A stretch of DNA of 64,000 nucleotides from Candidatus Hodarchaeota archaeon (lineage in GTDB: Archaea > Asgardarchaeota > Lokiarchaeia > Sigyniarchaeales > SOKP01), in contig JBHLJY010000003.1 of assembly GCA_048887225.1 (NCBI GenBank), forward strand, positions 1 to 64,000, given 5' to 3'. Under the pieces are notes generated by a model. That model was given only the letters and a program-made list of their open reading frames with translations, was not told the origin of the DNA and searched no databases. Positions 8,572 through 19,289 of the stretch are shown one piece after another; position 1 is the stretch's first letter, and every line of letters begins with the position of its first letter. Both the position numbers and the translations under genes were made by a program.

Positions 8572-11409
8572 TCAAGTTATGATCATACCAAGTTTTCTTC
8601 GTTTCCTTCTCACAAAATATTTTCTAAACTCATCGAAAAACGAGACACTGAAAGCTCCCAGAATCACTGCTGTCCAGTGATACCATTGAGTCAATGGCAC
8701 GACACCGAACACAATACCTATTGGAGTATAAAGTATCAGAAATTGTAGCGCTAATGAAAGACCTGTTGCCCAGAATAAATGCTTATTTGGGAATAGATAA
8801 AAAGGCTTGATGTTACTTGTACAGGTGAAGACGAACATTAACTCACATATTACTAGATTTGTAAATATTATTGTTTGAGTTAGTTTAATAGCATAAATGT
8901 TACCTGCGGAACCAGCAACTTGATAACCCGCTAACATAGGATCAATTGTGCTCCAATAAGGGATTAAAATTGTCCAGAGTACTAAATAAAGGGTAATATC
9001 TGTTAAGGATGTATATATTCCTAAAATTAGTACAGGGCCTTTAATTTCTGGTAGGAGAGTGAAACCCTCTCGCGGTTTTTCTTTCATCACATCAGGATCC
9101 GTCGGTGTTAATCCAAGTACCATTGCAGGGATTCCATCTGTTGCAATGTTAAGCCAGAGAATTTGTATAGGTGTGACTGGTAAACCTAAAAAGACATTAA
9201 CAAAAAGCTTCATGACGATATAAGCAACTAATATCATGAAAATCTCGTCGAAATTTGTACTGAGCATGAATCTAAAAAATCCTTTGGTGGTTTCAAAGAT
9301 CCCTCTACCTTCTTCTATAGCATTAACGATGGTTGCGTAATTATCGTCAATCAATATCATTTCTGAGGCTTCTTGAGTAACTTCAGTACCCGTAATTCCC
9401 ATAGCAACACCAACGTGGGCACCTTTTACTGCTGGAGCATCATTTACACCATCCCCAGTCATTGCGACTACCTTATCCTGTTCTTTTAATCTTTTTAAAA
9501 TTCTTAGTTTATGTTCAGATGTGACTCTTGCGTAAATATCAACAGTTTTTACTTTTTCACTTAATTCTCTATCGTCCATTGCCTCCAAGTCTATACCTGT
9601 GATAGCTTCATCAGATTCAGTTAAACCAATCTGTTGAGCAATAGCCTTAGCAGTAACTTTATGATCTCCTGTGATCATAATAGTTCTAATACCTGCCATC
9701 CTTGCTTCTTCTATCGCATATTTCACTTCATCTCTCGCAGGATCAATAATTCCAACTAATCCCACATATGTATAGTCTTTTTCAATGGTATTAATATCGT
9801 AACTAGGATTTAATTCCTTATAAGCAACTCCAAGGACTCTTAATGCATTTTCAGCAAAGTTTTCGTTTTGATTTAATATTTTATCTTTCATTTCGCTTAT
9901 TGGTTTTTCTTGTCCGTTTAATAAAACCTTTGAAGCATTTCTCATCAATACATCTGGAGCTCCTTTTATAAAGGCAATTTTCTTTCCTTCTCTCTCACCA
10001 ATTACAGACATCATTTTCCTATCTGAACTAAATGGGATTTCGTCTATTTTTTCGAAATTAGGATCGATATTTCCTTTTAATGCTAAAACTTTCATAGATA
10101 TTTCGGTTGGATCGCCCACAACCGAGGTTTCTCCAGTTTCCTGATTTAATATATTAACATTAGAATTATTGCAGAATAGACAGATCTCCAGGAATCTTTT
10201 AAGATCTGGATTCATCATCATAAGGGTTCCATCTTCTATAATTGTTCCTTTAAGGTTGTATCCTACGCCTTCAACATCTAATACTTTATTATTAAGAAAC
10301 ATTTTAACAACAGTCATTTCGTTTTTTGTTAATGTTCCAGTTTTATCTGAACAAATTATATTTACTCTTCCTAAAGTCTCAACCGCCGTTAATTTCCTAA
10401 CAAGAGCATTTCTATCAGCCATTTTCCTCATACCTATACTCATGACCACCGTAATGACTACAACCAGTCCTTCAGGTACCGCTGAAACAGCTAGACTTAT
10501 TGAAATCTCAAAAGCAACTATTAATTCTTCGATCTGTTCATCTCCGAAATTAAAACCTTCAAAAACTAAAATCAATCCTAATTCTATTGCAAACACACCT
10601 GCACAAATAATCAATATAATTATCCCAAGAAGTTTTCCGAATCTATCTACTTCTTTTTGAAATGGACTTGGTTCTAACACTTCCTCTTGTAAGCTTCCAG
10701 CTATTTTACCAATTTCCGTATTCATACCTGTTCCAATTACAATACCCTCTCCATTACCCCTCGTAATTATAGTATCCATATATCCAAGGTTAGTCCTGTC
10801 AGCTAAAATAAGCTCTTTATCAACGGGATTTAAAGTTTTTTTTACTGGTTTAGACTCTCCAGTTAAAAGAGCTTCATCGGCATAAAGAGAAAACTCTATA
10901 TATAGTCTTATATCTGCAGGAAATTTGTCTCCTTCTTCCACAAGAATGATATCTCCGGGAACAAGATCTTCTGCTCCTATTTGTTCCACCTTTCCTTCTC
11001 GTCTAACTCTAGCAAAGTGAGGGGCCATTTTCATTAAACTTTCAAGAGATTTCTCTGCGGAATATTCTTGATGAAAACCCAATATTGCATTGGCAATTAA
11101 AATAGCAGCTATTACTATTGCATCTGTATATTCAGATGACCATGCTTCGGCTCCAGGCTGAGAAGCTTCATACAAACCAATAATTATGGATATAATAATT
11201 GCTATAAAGAGGAGATATACAAGAAAGTCTTTAAATTGCCCAATAAATATCTGCCAAGCTGTTTTTCCTTTTTCCTTAATCAGTTCGTTTTTACCGTATA
11301 ACTCTATTCTTTTTATGGCTTCTTCGTTTGTTAAGCCTGTGTCTATTGATGTATTTAGTTTTTTAGTTACCTCTTCAACATTTATAGCATGAGCGTTAAT
11401 TTCTTCCAT
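8572..11409 (-). CDS. P-type cation-transporting ATPase (type IIA, Ca2+-like)
   Basis: LTGES, PEGL, CSDKTGTLT, KGAP, MITGD, TGDGVNDAPA, QILWLNIATDG. Confidence 0.95.
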   Translation of the reverse strand: MEEINAHAINVEEVTKKLNTSIDTGLTNEEAIKRIELYGKNELIKEKGKTAWQIFIGQFKDFLVYLLFIAIIISIIIGLYEASQPGAEAWSSEYTDAIVIAAILIANAILGFHQEYSAEKSLESLMKMAPHFARVRREGKVEQIGAEDLVPGDIILVEEGDKFPADIRLYIEFSLYADEALLTGESKPVKKTLNPVDKELILADRTNLGYMDTIITRGNGEGIVIGTGMNTEIGKIAGSLQEEVLEPSPFQKEVDRFGKLLGIIILIICAGVFAIELGLILVFEGFNFGDEQIEELIVAFEISISLAVSAVPEGLVVVITVVMSIGMRKMADRNALVRKLTAVETLGRVNIICSDKTGTLTKNEMTVVKMFLNNKVLDVEGVGYNLKGTIIEDGTLMMMNPDLKRFLEICLFCNNSNVNILNQETGETSVVGDPTEISMKVLALKGNIDPNFEKIDEIPFSSDRKMMSVIGEREGKKIAFIKGAPDVLMRNASKVLLNGQEKPISEMKDKILNQNENFAENALRVLGVAYKELNPSYDINTIEKDYTYVGLVGIIDPARDEVKYAIEEARMAGIRTIMITGDHKVTAKAIAQQIGLTESDEAITGIDLEAMDDRELSEKVKTVDIYARVTSEHKLRILKRLKEQDKVVAMTGDGVNDAPAVKGAHVGVAMGITGTEVTQEASEMILIDDNYATIVNAIEEGRGIFETTKGFFRFMLSTNFDEIFMILVAYIVMKLFVNVFLGLPVTPIQILWLNIATDGIPAMVLGLTPTDPDVMKEKPREGFTLLPEIKGPVLILGIYTSLTDITLYLVLWTILIPYWSTIDPMLAGYQVAGSAGNIYAIKLTQTIIFTNLVICELMFVFTCTSNIKPFYLFPNKHLFWATGLSLALQFLILYTPIGIVFGVVPLTQWYHWTAVILGAFSVSFFDEFRKYFVRRKRRKLGMIIT

Positions 11410-11658
11410 ATTTTCTCTTTCGTTTAGATTAAAAATTACAATCTACTAAAAGAATATAAATTCAATATAGTTTTATTTTTTAAATATTTTAAGGTAGGTT
11501 TTAATTATCGTTAATTTTCTTTAGATTTTTATAAATTAGCGATTTATTAACATAAAAAAAAATATAAAATTTATAAGCATCTATGATATAATTTAAGTTA
11601 ACTTATTTATATAAAAATCTAATTTATAACAATAAGAACGCAAGGAAATGAGTTAAGG

Positions 11659-12228
11659 ATGAGATATTCTCGCATTGCTAGATTAATTATCCGATTCTTT
11701 CTATTAATACTAGCATCTACAATGTCAATTGTTTCATTTTTAGGAGGTTATTCAGCAGTATTAATATTATCTGATGAGGACAATATAGATCTAGACTACG
11801 ATATGAGAGGGAATTTTTTTGATGTGAATGATACTACTTTTAAGTTTGAGGTTGATTTTAAATTTAAAAATGTGGGATATTTTGATTTGGAAGATCTCGA
11901 AATTGAGTTGGAACTATATGCAAGGTATTATCACTGGAATTTAACGATACCTGGAGTAAGTGCTAGAAAGGAAGTATTAGTTTATGAGACTGAAGAGGAT
12001 CTTGGAACTGTTGAGAATGGTCTGACATTAAGAGATGCCATAAAAATTGAAAGGTCCGATATAAAGGCTAATGTAACAGAGATTAATAACACTTTAGATA
12101 TAACAAAAGATCCATGGTTAGAATTTATAGCACGGGATATTGTAATTAAAGGGAAATATTCCTTAAATTTAATCGAATTTAAAGTTGAAATTAAGAAATA
12201 TAAAGTAGGAGAAATTCCAAAGCCGTAG
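11659..12228 (+). CDS. Membrane-anchored hypothetical protein (N-terminal TM, beta-rich, possibly LEA_2-like)
   Basis: N-terminal hydrophobic helix then alternating beta pattern FKFEVDFKFKNVGYFDLEDLEIELEL. Confidence 0.55.
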   Translation: MRYSRIARLIIRFFLLILASTMSIVSFLGGYSAVLILSDEDNIDLDYDMRGNFFDVNDTTFKFEVDFKFKNVGYFDLEDLEIELELYARYYHWNLTIPGVSARKEVLVYETEEDLGTVENGLTLRDAIKIERSDIKANVTEINNTLDITKDPWLEFIARDIVIKGKYSLNLIEFKVEIKKYKVGEIPKP

Positions 12229-12240
12229 GTGATTTATAAA

Positions 12241-12756
12241 ATGAGTTTTACAAAAGAAAAAGTTAAAAAAAAAATGGAAAATGCTGCTATTAAAAATATG
12301 GTACGTGGAGCACTTTTCGCAGGAATGTATATTGTTATAACTATAATTATTCCATATCTTACTTTTAGTTGGATAATGAACTTAGAAATTGAGGGTATAG
12401 AATTAGATCTATACAAAGATCAATATGCCCAAATATTATTTTATATACTTGCATTTGGGCTACTTATTAGCGCAACCGCATTTTTTGCATATTCTTCACC
12501 TTCTCAATCTATAAGGAGAGGTGTTTTTTCATTAATACAGATAATCTTGAATTGTTTCTATTTATGGTCCTATAAATTTTCGGGAGCCCTTGAAATAGAA
12601 TTAAACATAGTTGATCTTGGAATCGTCGAAATAAATCTACAACAAATGATTCTAACATATATGGGAATCTATTTTCTGACTGTAATTCTGAAGGCATATG
12701 ATCTAATAGATTTTATAATAAATCGAGATAAAATAAAATTTAAAAGAGGTAAATAA
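12241..12756 (+). CDS. Hypothetical 4-TM membrane protein
   Basis: Four hydrophobic segments; start moved to ATG 12241, which follows the SD-like AGGTGAT. Confidence 0.65.
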   Translation: MSFTKEKVKKKMENAAIKNMVRGALFAGMYIVITIIIPYLTFSWIMNLEIEGIELDLYKDQYAQILFYILAFGLLISATAFFAYSSPSQSIRRGVFSLIQIILNCFYLWSYKFSGALEIELNIVDLGIVEINLQQMILTYMGIYFLTVILKAYDLIDFIINRDKIKFKRGK

Positions 12757-12764
12757 AAATAGGG

Positions 12765-13127
12765 GTGTTATTAATGATATTCCAAGAATTTGAAAGGATT
12801 CCCTTTTGGCAATTAATTGCAGATATTATGGAATGGCTTTTGACAATTTTTAAACCGATAGTTTATCCAATAGGTCTGGTTATGGTTCTTTGGATTGATT
12901 TTTTACTGCAATTTTTTCCCTCAGAAAATATTACAATATATGTTGTGATTTTTTGTGTATTAGTAATATGTGGTATTATAATTAACATAAAATGGCCTGG
13001 AGAGAAATATGTTAGTGTTTTTACAAAAGAAGAAGAAACTGATGATTCAGAGAAAAAATCAACTAAAATTGAACATTTGGAAAAAAAAAGAACGATGAAT
13101 GATAAAAAAGAAGCTGATAAGCTCTAA
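12765..13127 (+). CDS. Small membrane protein with charged C-terminal tail
   Basis: Two hydrophobic segments and an E/K-rich tail; closely packed third gene of an apparent operon. Confidence 0.6.
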   Translation: MLLMIFQEFERIPFWQLIADIMEWLLTIFKPIVYPIGLVMVLWIDFLLQFFPSENITIYVVIFCVLVICGIIINIKWPGEKYVSVFTKEEETDDSEKKSTKIEHLEKKRTMNDKKEADKL

Positions 13128-13151
13128 TTTTTAATATTTTTTAAATTTTTT

Positions 13152-13775
13152 TTATTTCTTTATTTTTAATAATAATTTAGCAACTCTTTTTCCTAGATCT
13201 TTAGCAATTAATCCAGCTAATTCATCAACTTCTCCTTTACCTATGAACTCTTTTAAATTAAATTTCTGTAGGCTAGTAATTGGGATATTTCCTTCAAGAA
13301 CAGGACTTCCGAAAGTATTTCCTACTATAATCATTCCATGAATTATAGCAAAATTTATTAAATCCGAAATAACACCCTCTCCGCCATTTCTAAGACCTGT
13401 AGAAGCTAGGGGTGCAAAAATAACATCTTGCAATAAATAATTTTTCATTTTCCAAGGTCTTGAACGGTCGATAAATGTTTTTATTTGAGAACTAACCGAA
13501 CCGAAATAATTTGGAGCAGCTATTAACATCGCGGATGAACCTAAGATCAATTCTTCCAGCTTTTTTATATCATCCTCTTCCGCAAGTGGACAATTATTAG
13601 GAGGTCTTAAACATTGATCGCATCCATTACATGGAGATATGTTATAATCCGCTATTTGAATTTTATTAATTACAAAATCATCAGAAACAGACTTAATTCC
13701 TTCAATCGCTTTATCAATTAAATAATTACAGCTACGATTCTTCCTTGGTGAACCATTTATTAAACTTAATTTCAT
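13152..13775 (-). CDS. Iron-sulfur flavoprotein (flavodoxin/Isf family)
   Basis: INGSPRK, CNGCDQC-x6-C, APNYFGSVSSQIKTFIDR. Confidence 0.9.
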   Translation of the reverse strand: MKLSLINGSPRKNRSCNYLIDKAIEGIKSVSDDFVINKIQIADYNISPCNGCDQCLRPPNNCPLAEEDDIKKLEELILGSSAMLIAAPNYFGSVSSQIKTFIDRSRPWKMKNYLLQDVIFAPLASTGLRNGGEGVISDLINFAIIHGMIIVGNTFGSPVLEGNIPITSLQKFNLKEFIGKGEVDELAGLIAKDLGKRVAKLLLKIKK

Positions 13776-13862
13776 AATTACTATTATTATATAATTTAAA
13801 TTAAATTTTTATAAAACCTTTTAATTGCGCAGATTTACATTGAAATAACTGAATAAAAAAGT

Positions 13863-14795
13863 TTACAAGCCTCTATAAAATTCTGGTCTTAATATTTCCG
13901 TGTGAGCAAGACCATAATTTATAGTTGAGATGATTTTATCTTTGTCACGATCTAAAATTCCTTTAATTGGTAAATAATTGCTAGCATGATTACTTCTGAA
14001 CACACAGTTAGCGCTTTCGTTATGGAATTTTATTTTTTCCACGAACAATTTTAATTCTTGTAAAATTTCAAAAGAATTCATCTCTTGAAATTTACCGTTT
14101 ACCTTTCTTTTAAAAATTTTAGTCCCTGGAGGGATCATTAGAGTTAAAAAGGCAACATACCAAATTCGATCATCGTAAGGGCAAATTTTATTAATTAAAT
14201 CCGCGGATTCTATTGCATGCTTCTGGGAGAGTTCTTTATTGTTAGCTCCACCTAAACCGCTTATAAGTGTTGCAGATAACGTAATATTTGCGTTCATTAA
14301 TTTTTTTGATGCTTCAATATAATCTAATTTTGTCGCATGTTTATTGACGTCTTTTAATAGTTTATCATGTCCAGATTCAAAGCCTACATAAGCAATTTTA
14401 AGTCCTGCGTCTGATAAAGCTTTCAATTGCTCATCAGATTTTCTTATAATATCATTTGCATGGGCATATACTGCGCATCTCTCTAAATTTGGAAATAAAT
14501 TATTTGCATATTTTATTATTTCTAACAATTTTTTAGTTGGTGTGACCATAGCATTTCCATTTAGAAAGAAAATTCTTTTCACATTTGATCCATAGATTTT
14601 TTTTGCTACACCTAAATCATTTTTTACAGCATCAATGTCCCTAACAATAAAATCTTTTCCAAGATTTGATACACAAAAGTTACAATTAAACGTACAACCC
14701 TCAGTAAGTTGAATCAGTAAAGAAAGGGCTTCGCTTGGAGGCCTAAACACCGGTTTACAATAATAAATATGATCTTGGTGCCGTGTATTTGTCAT
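13863..14795 (-). CDS. Radical SAM protein
   Basis: RPPSEA-SLLIQLTEGCTFNCNFC (CxxxCxxC), YVGFESG, FRSNHASNYL. Confidence 0.9.
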   Translation of the reverse strand: MTNTRHQDHIYYCKPVFRPPSEALSLLIQLTEGCTFNCNFCVSNLGKDFIVRDIDAVKNDLGVAKKIYGSNVKRIFFLNGNAMVTPTKKLLEIIKYANNLFPNLERCAVYAHANDIIRKSDEQLKALSDAGLKIAYVGFESGHDKLLKDVNKHATKLDYIEASKKLMNANITLSATLISGLGGANNKELSQKHAIESADLINKICPYDDRIWYVAFLTLMIPPGTKIFKRKVNGKFQEMNSFEILQELKLFVEKIKFHNESANCVFRSNHASNYLPIKGILDRDKDKIISTINYGLAHTEILRPEFYRGL

Positions 14796-14815
14796 TTCAA
14801 ATAAATAATTTTTTA

Positions 14816-15499
14816 TTACTTAGTATCTTTAGGTTTTTTTTTACAAGAATTTAAATGACGACCAAGCCTAACAAATTCTTTTCCACAGTAAGGACATTTC
14901 TTTTTTCCCTCTGCTATTATTTTTTCTTCTGCTTTACTTTGTTTCGCTTTTGCTGGTTTTTCTTTAGCTGTTCTACGCTTTCTCTTCTTTTTAGGTTTTA
15001 AAGGTAAAATATCATCTAGGCTCGCATCGTCAGGAGCAAGCTCGCAATCTTGAATATGACTGGCAAGGTCATCATATAATTCACCACAGAAAGGACATTC
15101 TACTCCTGCGAAATCTTCTCCTTCTTCTAAAGCTTCCTTTCCTACTTTTCTCTTTTCAAATTTGAGAGGAATTTCTTCCTCCTCTTCTTCAAATTCGTCA
15201 ATGGAAAGATCGATATCTTCTTCTTTTACTATTTCTTCAATTTCAAATTCTTCTAATTCTTCTTTAATTTTCTTCTCTGCGATTTTTTTGGATTCTTCAT
15301 AAATTTCCGATATAACTACGTTTGATTTAGGATCATACAAATAACATACTTGACAAACATATGCGCGTGGGGCAATGATCAGTTCTCTTTCAGGACAATA
15401 GCATAAAGGTTGAAGGCTATTAGAGATATCTCCTTTTGGAGTGAGATGCTTGCACGCAATTTTTCGAGAATATTTTATTTTTTGCTTCCTTCTGGGTAT
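14816..15499 (-). CDS. Multi-zinc-finger protein (N-terminal Cys/His cluster, acidic linker, two C2HC fingers); probable ATA start
   Basis: Frame of the 174-aa ORF stays open 53 codons upstream: (M)PRRKQKIKYSRKIACKHL...LCYCPERE...VCQVCYLYDPK. GGTGA lies 7 nt before ATA 15499. Fingers CPFC..HIQDC and CPYC..HLNSC. Confidence 0.75.
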   Translation of the reverse strand: MPRRKQKIKYSRKIACKHLTPKGDISNSLQPLCYCPERELIIAPRAYVCQVCYLYDPKSNVVISEIYEESKKIAEKKIKEELEEFEIEEIVKEEDIDLSIDEFEEEEEEIPLKFEKRKVGKEALEEGEDFAGVECPFCGELYDDLASHIQDCELAPDDASLDDILPLKPKKKRKRRTAKEKPAKAKQSKAEEKIIAEGKKKCPYCGKEFVRLGRHLNSCKKKPKDTK

Positions 15500-15595
15500 C
15501 GTGAATTCACCATAAAAAAGAGTAAGGAAAATAATATACCTTAAAATTTAATTTTTATGATATTGAGATTTGGAAAATAAAAATTAGTTTTTAGC

Positions 15596-17221
15596 TTAAA
15601 AATTTAACTGCACTGAATTAAGGTCTTTTTTAATTTTTTCTTGTTCTTCTGGATCTTCAATTCTCGAAATTAATTCTTCAACTATATCCTTGAGTTCTAA
15701 AATTTTTTGAGAGAGTGATTCAGGTTTACTCCATAAGGATTTTCTTAAAGGATGACCTCTCAAAATTGCTTCATTAAGACTTCTAATCGCTTGTTCATAA
15801 AAAAGTGCTGCATTGTATATTTGATTTAATCTTGACTGATAAATTGTTCCGATTTTATTATAACACAAACCCGCTCCTGCGAAATCACCAGCATTTTCGT
15901 AATCAATTGAAGCTTGTTGAATTTTTTTTAAAGCTTCTTCAAAGAATTCATCATCTTCCTTCTTAATCATCAAATACCCAATTAAATAATTTGCTTCACC
16001 TTTATAAAACAAATGATCTCGTTTAACTGATATATTGTATAATTCTTCAACAAATTCTTCGGCTAATACATTATGATTTGTTAGAATACAATGTTCTGAT
16101 AAGTTTTTCAATAATTCTAGAACTCGATCATAATCGTTAAGCATCTTGTACTTATAAATTCCTTCACGATATTTTTCAACACCCATAAACGCATCTTTTT
16201 GTTTAAATGCTTGATTACCCTCAAAAATAGATTGTTCAGCGGCTTCTTTTACTGACGCGGTTTCTTTTCTTTTCTTATCTAAATCACCATAAAAGAAATC
16301 ATCTACATCAAATTTAATGTCTTCAGATAGAGGGATCTCCTTTAATAATACTTCTGAAATATGATCTATTTTTTCTTTAGTGGATTCTTTGATTTCTTGC
16401 CGTTCTATTACTTCTGAAGGTTCTTGATATGAAGATTCAAGTTCGTATTCTTCACCATAAGCAGATTGTAATGGTTTTCCTGCTGATACTAATGCTGAAA
16501 GTTCGGATAACACATTAGCAAAAAAGAATTTATTAAGCCCATCAATAATATAATCTACTTTATGATAATTGTTATCAAATTTAGGATGATTAACATCCAT
16601 ATTTATATCAGTCATTCGATAAATTTCAAACCCAGTGTCATATTTAGTAATCTTATGTTCTGTACCTTTTACTTTTTCTTGCTTCTTTTTTCCAAGAAGG
16701 GTATGATCAAAAACTAATCCACAAAAATCTTCATTTCTTGCTTGAAATCCTAATTGATTGATAAGATCAATATAAGAAAAAAATAATCCTAACCCAGGAT
16801 GAGAGTGAAACCATCCAATCATATAATATCCTTTCGTAGTTTTGTCTTTGTCTAATTTATTCTGTATTTCTTCTATAAACCCATAATGTTGTTCATCTAA
16901 TTTAACGTCAGTTGCATGACCATACGTTAAAGCCTCAGCTTTTTCGATATATACGAAATCATCATCAGAATAACCAATTAAGATTCCATAAATTTCTTTC
17001 CATTGCTCAGAAGGGATTGATTTATTTGCAAAACGACTTGCATATAATATTATCGTTTTATAAGCCTCCGCTTTAATAATTATGGGTTTTTCATCTTTTT
17101 TCTTTTTCTGCTCCTCCTTAACTTCTTCTTTAGAATTATCTAGTTCTTTTTCTATCTCGTTCTTAACAGATTTTTGTTGTTTTTCTTTCTCTTCTTTTTT
17201 TTTTTTAAATTTTTTTAACAT
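15596..17221 (-). CDS. JAMM/MPN+ metalloprotease (Rpn11-like) fused to C-terminal TPR-like repeats
   Basis: EIYGILIG...GWFHSHPGLGLFFSYIDLINQ gives an intact E-HxH-x7-S-x2-D motif; C-terminal helical repeats (AGLCYNKIGTIY, AALFYEQAI). Confidence 0.85.
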   Translation of the reverse strand: MLKKFKKKKEEKEKQQKSVKNEIEKELDNSKEEVKEEQKKKKDEKPIIIKAEAYKTIILYASRFANKSIPSEQWKEIYGILIGYSDDDFVYIEKAEALTYGHATDVKLDEQHYGFIEEIQNKLDKDKTTKGYYMIGWFHSHPGLGLFFSYIDLINQLGFQARNEDFCGLVFDHTLLGKKKQEKVKGTEHKITKYDTGFEIYRMTDINMDVNHPKFDNNYHKVDYIIDGLNKFFFANVLSELSALVSAGKPLQSAYGEEYELESSYQEPSEVIERQEIKESTKEKIDHISEVLLKEIPLSEDIKFDVDDFFYGDLDKKRKETASVKEAAEQSIFEGNQAFKQKDAFMGVEKYREGIYKYKMLNDYDRVLELLKNLSEHCILTNHNVLAEEFVEELYNISVKRDHLFYKGEANYLIGYLMIKKEDDEFFEEALKKIQQASIDYENAGDFAGAGLCYNKIGTIYQSRLNQIYNAALFYEQAIRSLNEAILRGHPLRKSLWSKPESLSQKILELKDIVEELISRIEDPEEQEKIKKDLNSVQLNF

Positions 17222-17350
17222 TAATTCTACCTTATTATCTCTTTATGAGATTAATTCTTAGAATAATATAAATATACTCTTAAAAAAAATTATTGTATCT
17301 AATTTTTATTGATCGGAAAAAAAATAGAGAATGTGAATAATGTAAATTTT

Positions 17351-18568
17351 TCAAATTATACCTTTTCTTTTAAATTGACGAATATCTTCGTCTGAATAAT
17401 TTAGGCTTTTCAGAATCTCTTCTGTATGCTGCCCCATTATTGGAGCAAGACTTCTTATTGTTAGTGGTGTTCTCGACATTTTGATTGGTGAAGCTACATT
17501 TTGAACTTCACCGAATTTTGGATGTTTTAATTTAACAACCATATTACGTGCTTTAATTTGAGGATCTTCACATGCTTCAGCGAAGGATTTTACGGGCATT
17601 ATACATGTGTCGTAATTTTTAAATATCTCAACCCATTCTTCTTGATTTTTCTTTAAAAATTCTTTTTGAATTTCTTCAAAAGCATACTCTTTTTCCTTGC
17701 CCTTTGCGTTTCCTTTTAATATTAAATCCTCACGACCAATTCCGTTGCATAATTCACGCCAGAATTTCACTTCAATAACCCCAACAGATAAATATTTTTT
17801 ATCCTTAGTCTTATAGACCGAATAAAATGGGAAATCTCCATGTAGTGGATTTCGTGGTTCAGTTATTCCATTATTTAAATTTTTTGAAAAATGGAAAGCT
17901 GCTGCCATGGGCATGAAAGAAAAAACCGAATCTGTCATTGAAATATCAAGATATTGACCTCTTCTCTCAGGATTTTTTTCTCTTTCAATTATTGCACCGA
18001 GTATTCCGATGGCGCTAACTAAGCCCCCACCAATATCAGCTACTTGGACTCCAGGAACTAATGGTTTTCGTTCTTGATCTTTTTGACCAAAAATGAGTCT
18101 TTCTTTGTTTAAGTTTAAGATTCCGCACAAAGCTATATAATTCAAATCGTGCCCCGCTAATTGTTCGTATGGACCATATTGACCGTATCCTGTTAAAGAA
18201 CAACAAATTATTGAAGGATTTATAGAAGCAAGGATTTCATAATCAATCTTTAATTTATTTGGCACTTTTGGCCGAAAAGTGTCAAGAACAACATCAGCAC
18301 GTCTGACTAATTCGTAAAATATTTCTCTTGCTTTATCTTTTTTCAAATTTAGAGTAATTGATTTTTTATTTCTCATAATAATAGAATTGAATGCGCTTTC
18401 TCGATATCGTCCCTTTTGAAAAAAAGGCATTGGATTCGCATAAGGATATTTAGGATCTTCGACACGGATAACATTTGCCCCTAAATCTGCTAAAATCATG
18501 CTACAATAAGGACCAGGAAGCATTCGTGATAAATCTAAGACAGTAATACTGTCTAATGGTAAAGTCAT
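17351..18568 (-). CDS. CoA-transferase family III (CaiB/BaiF)
   Basis: PLDSITVLDLSRMLPGPYCSMILADLGA, RNKKSITLNLK, GHDLNY, APIMGQHT; start moved to ATG 18568 to remove overlap. Confidence 0.92.
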   Translation of the reverse strand: MTLPLDSITVLDLSRMLPGPYCSMILADLGANVIRVEDPKYPYANPMPFFQKGRYRESAFNSIIMRNKKSITLNLKKDKAREIFYELVRRADVVLDTFRPKVPNKLKIDYEILASINPSIICCSLTGYGQYGPYEQLAGHDLNYIALCGILNLNKERLIFGQKDQERKPLVPGVQVADIGGGLVSAIGILGAIIEREKNPERRGQYLDISMTDSVFSFMPMAAAFHFSKNLNNGITEPRNPLHGDFPFYSVYKTKDKKYLSVGVIEVKFWRELCNGIGREDLILKGNAKGKEKEYAFEEIQKEFLKKNQEEWVEIFKNYDTCIMPVKSFAEACEDPQIKARNMVVKLKHPKFGEVQNVASPIKMSRTPLTIRSLAPIMGQHTEEILKSLNYSDEDIRQFKRKGII

Positions 18569-18635
18569 AATAATTAAAAAACTCAATATTACAAAAAAGT
18601 TATTAAAATTGGAAAAAAAAGAAGTTAATTTAAAC

Positions 18636-19148
18636 TTATAATTCAATAATCTCGGCTTCCATTTTATTCGTGTCAATAATAGCAAAAGTACTAGTTCCCG
18701 TTAAATATCCACATGCTTCACCTGGATTTACTATTAATACACCATTGTAATTTTTCTTATTTTCAACAGCATGAGTGTGTCCTGATAAGACTATGTCAAA
18801 ACTACTGGAATTAGCTAAAGATTCAATTAATTTTTGGGTTGGCATATGTGATGCGAATATTTTTTTGCCATCAAATTCCCTTATTATTTCTATTGATCCT
18901 TCTACTAGGCTGCATATTTGTCCTAAATTTTTTCTTAAAAACTCATGATCTCCATCGTTATTTCCAAATACACCAAAAAAATTCTTTTTAATTTGTTCAT
19001 TCAAACCATCAAACCATCTTTTTATGAATGGACTGCAATAATCTCCACAATGAATTAAAGCTTCGATATTCTCTTTGTTCATAATAGAAACAGCTTTTAA
19101 TATATTATCACGATGGTCATGAGTATCTGAAATTACTGCTAATTTCAT
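18636..19148 (-). CDS. YfcE/MJ0936-family metallophosphoesterase
   Basis: SDTHD, HCGD, GNND, SH, GHTH, NPGE motifs. Confidence 0.92.
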   Translation of the reverse strand: MKLAVISDTHDHRDNILKAVSIMNKENIEALIHCGDYCSPFIKRWFDGLNEQIKKNFFGVFGNNDGDHEFLRKNLGQICSLVEGSIEIIREFDGKKIFASHMPTQKLIESLANSSSFDIVLSGHTHAVENKKNYNGVLIVNPGEACGYLTGTSTFAIIDTNKMEAEIIEL

Positions 19149-19289
19149 ATATATCCACCATTAAATTTATTTGAGATTAACAAAATTAAGATATAATAAT
19201 AAAGGGAGATAATAATATAATTAAGGTTTTTTGAGAAAACAAATTTTAATTATTTTTATTAAGATTATTGGCAATTTGATGATATAGAA

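Noticed and set aside
18636-19148. Vps29 (retromer) call
   Set aside because: Full catalytic metallophosphoesterase motifs fit the common YfcE/MJ0936 family.
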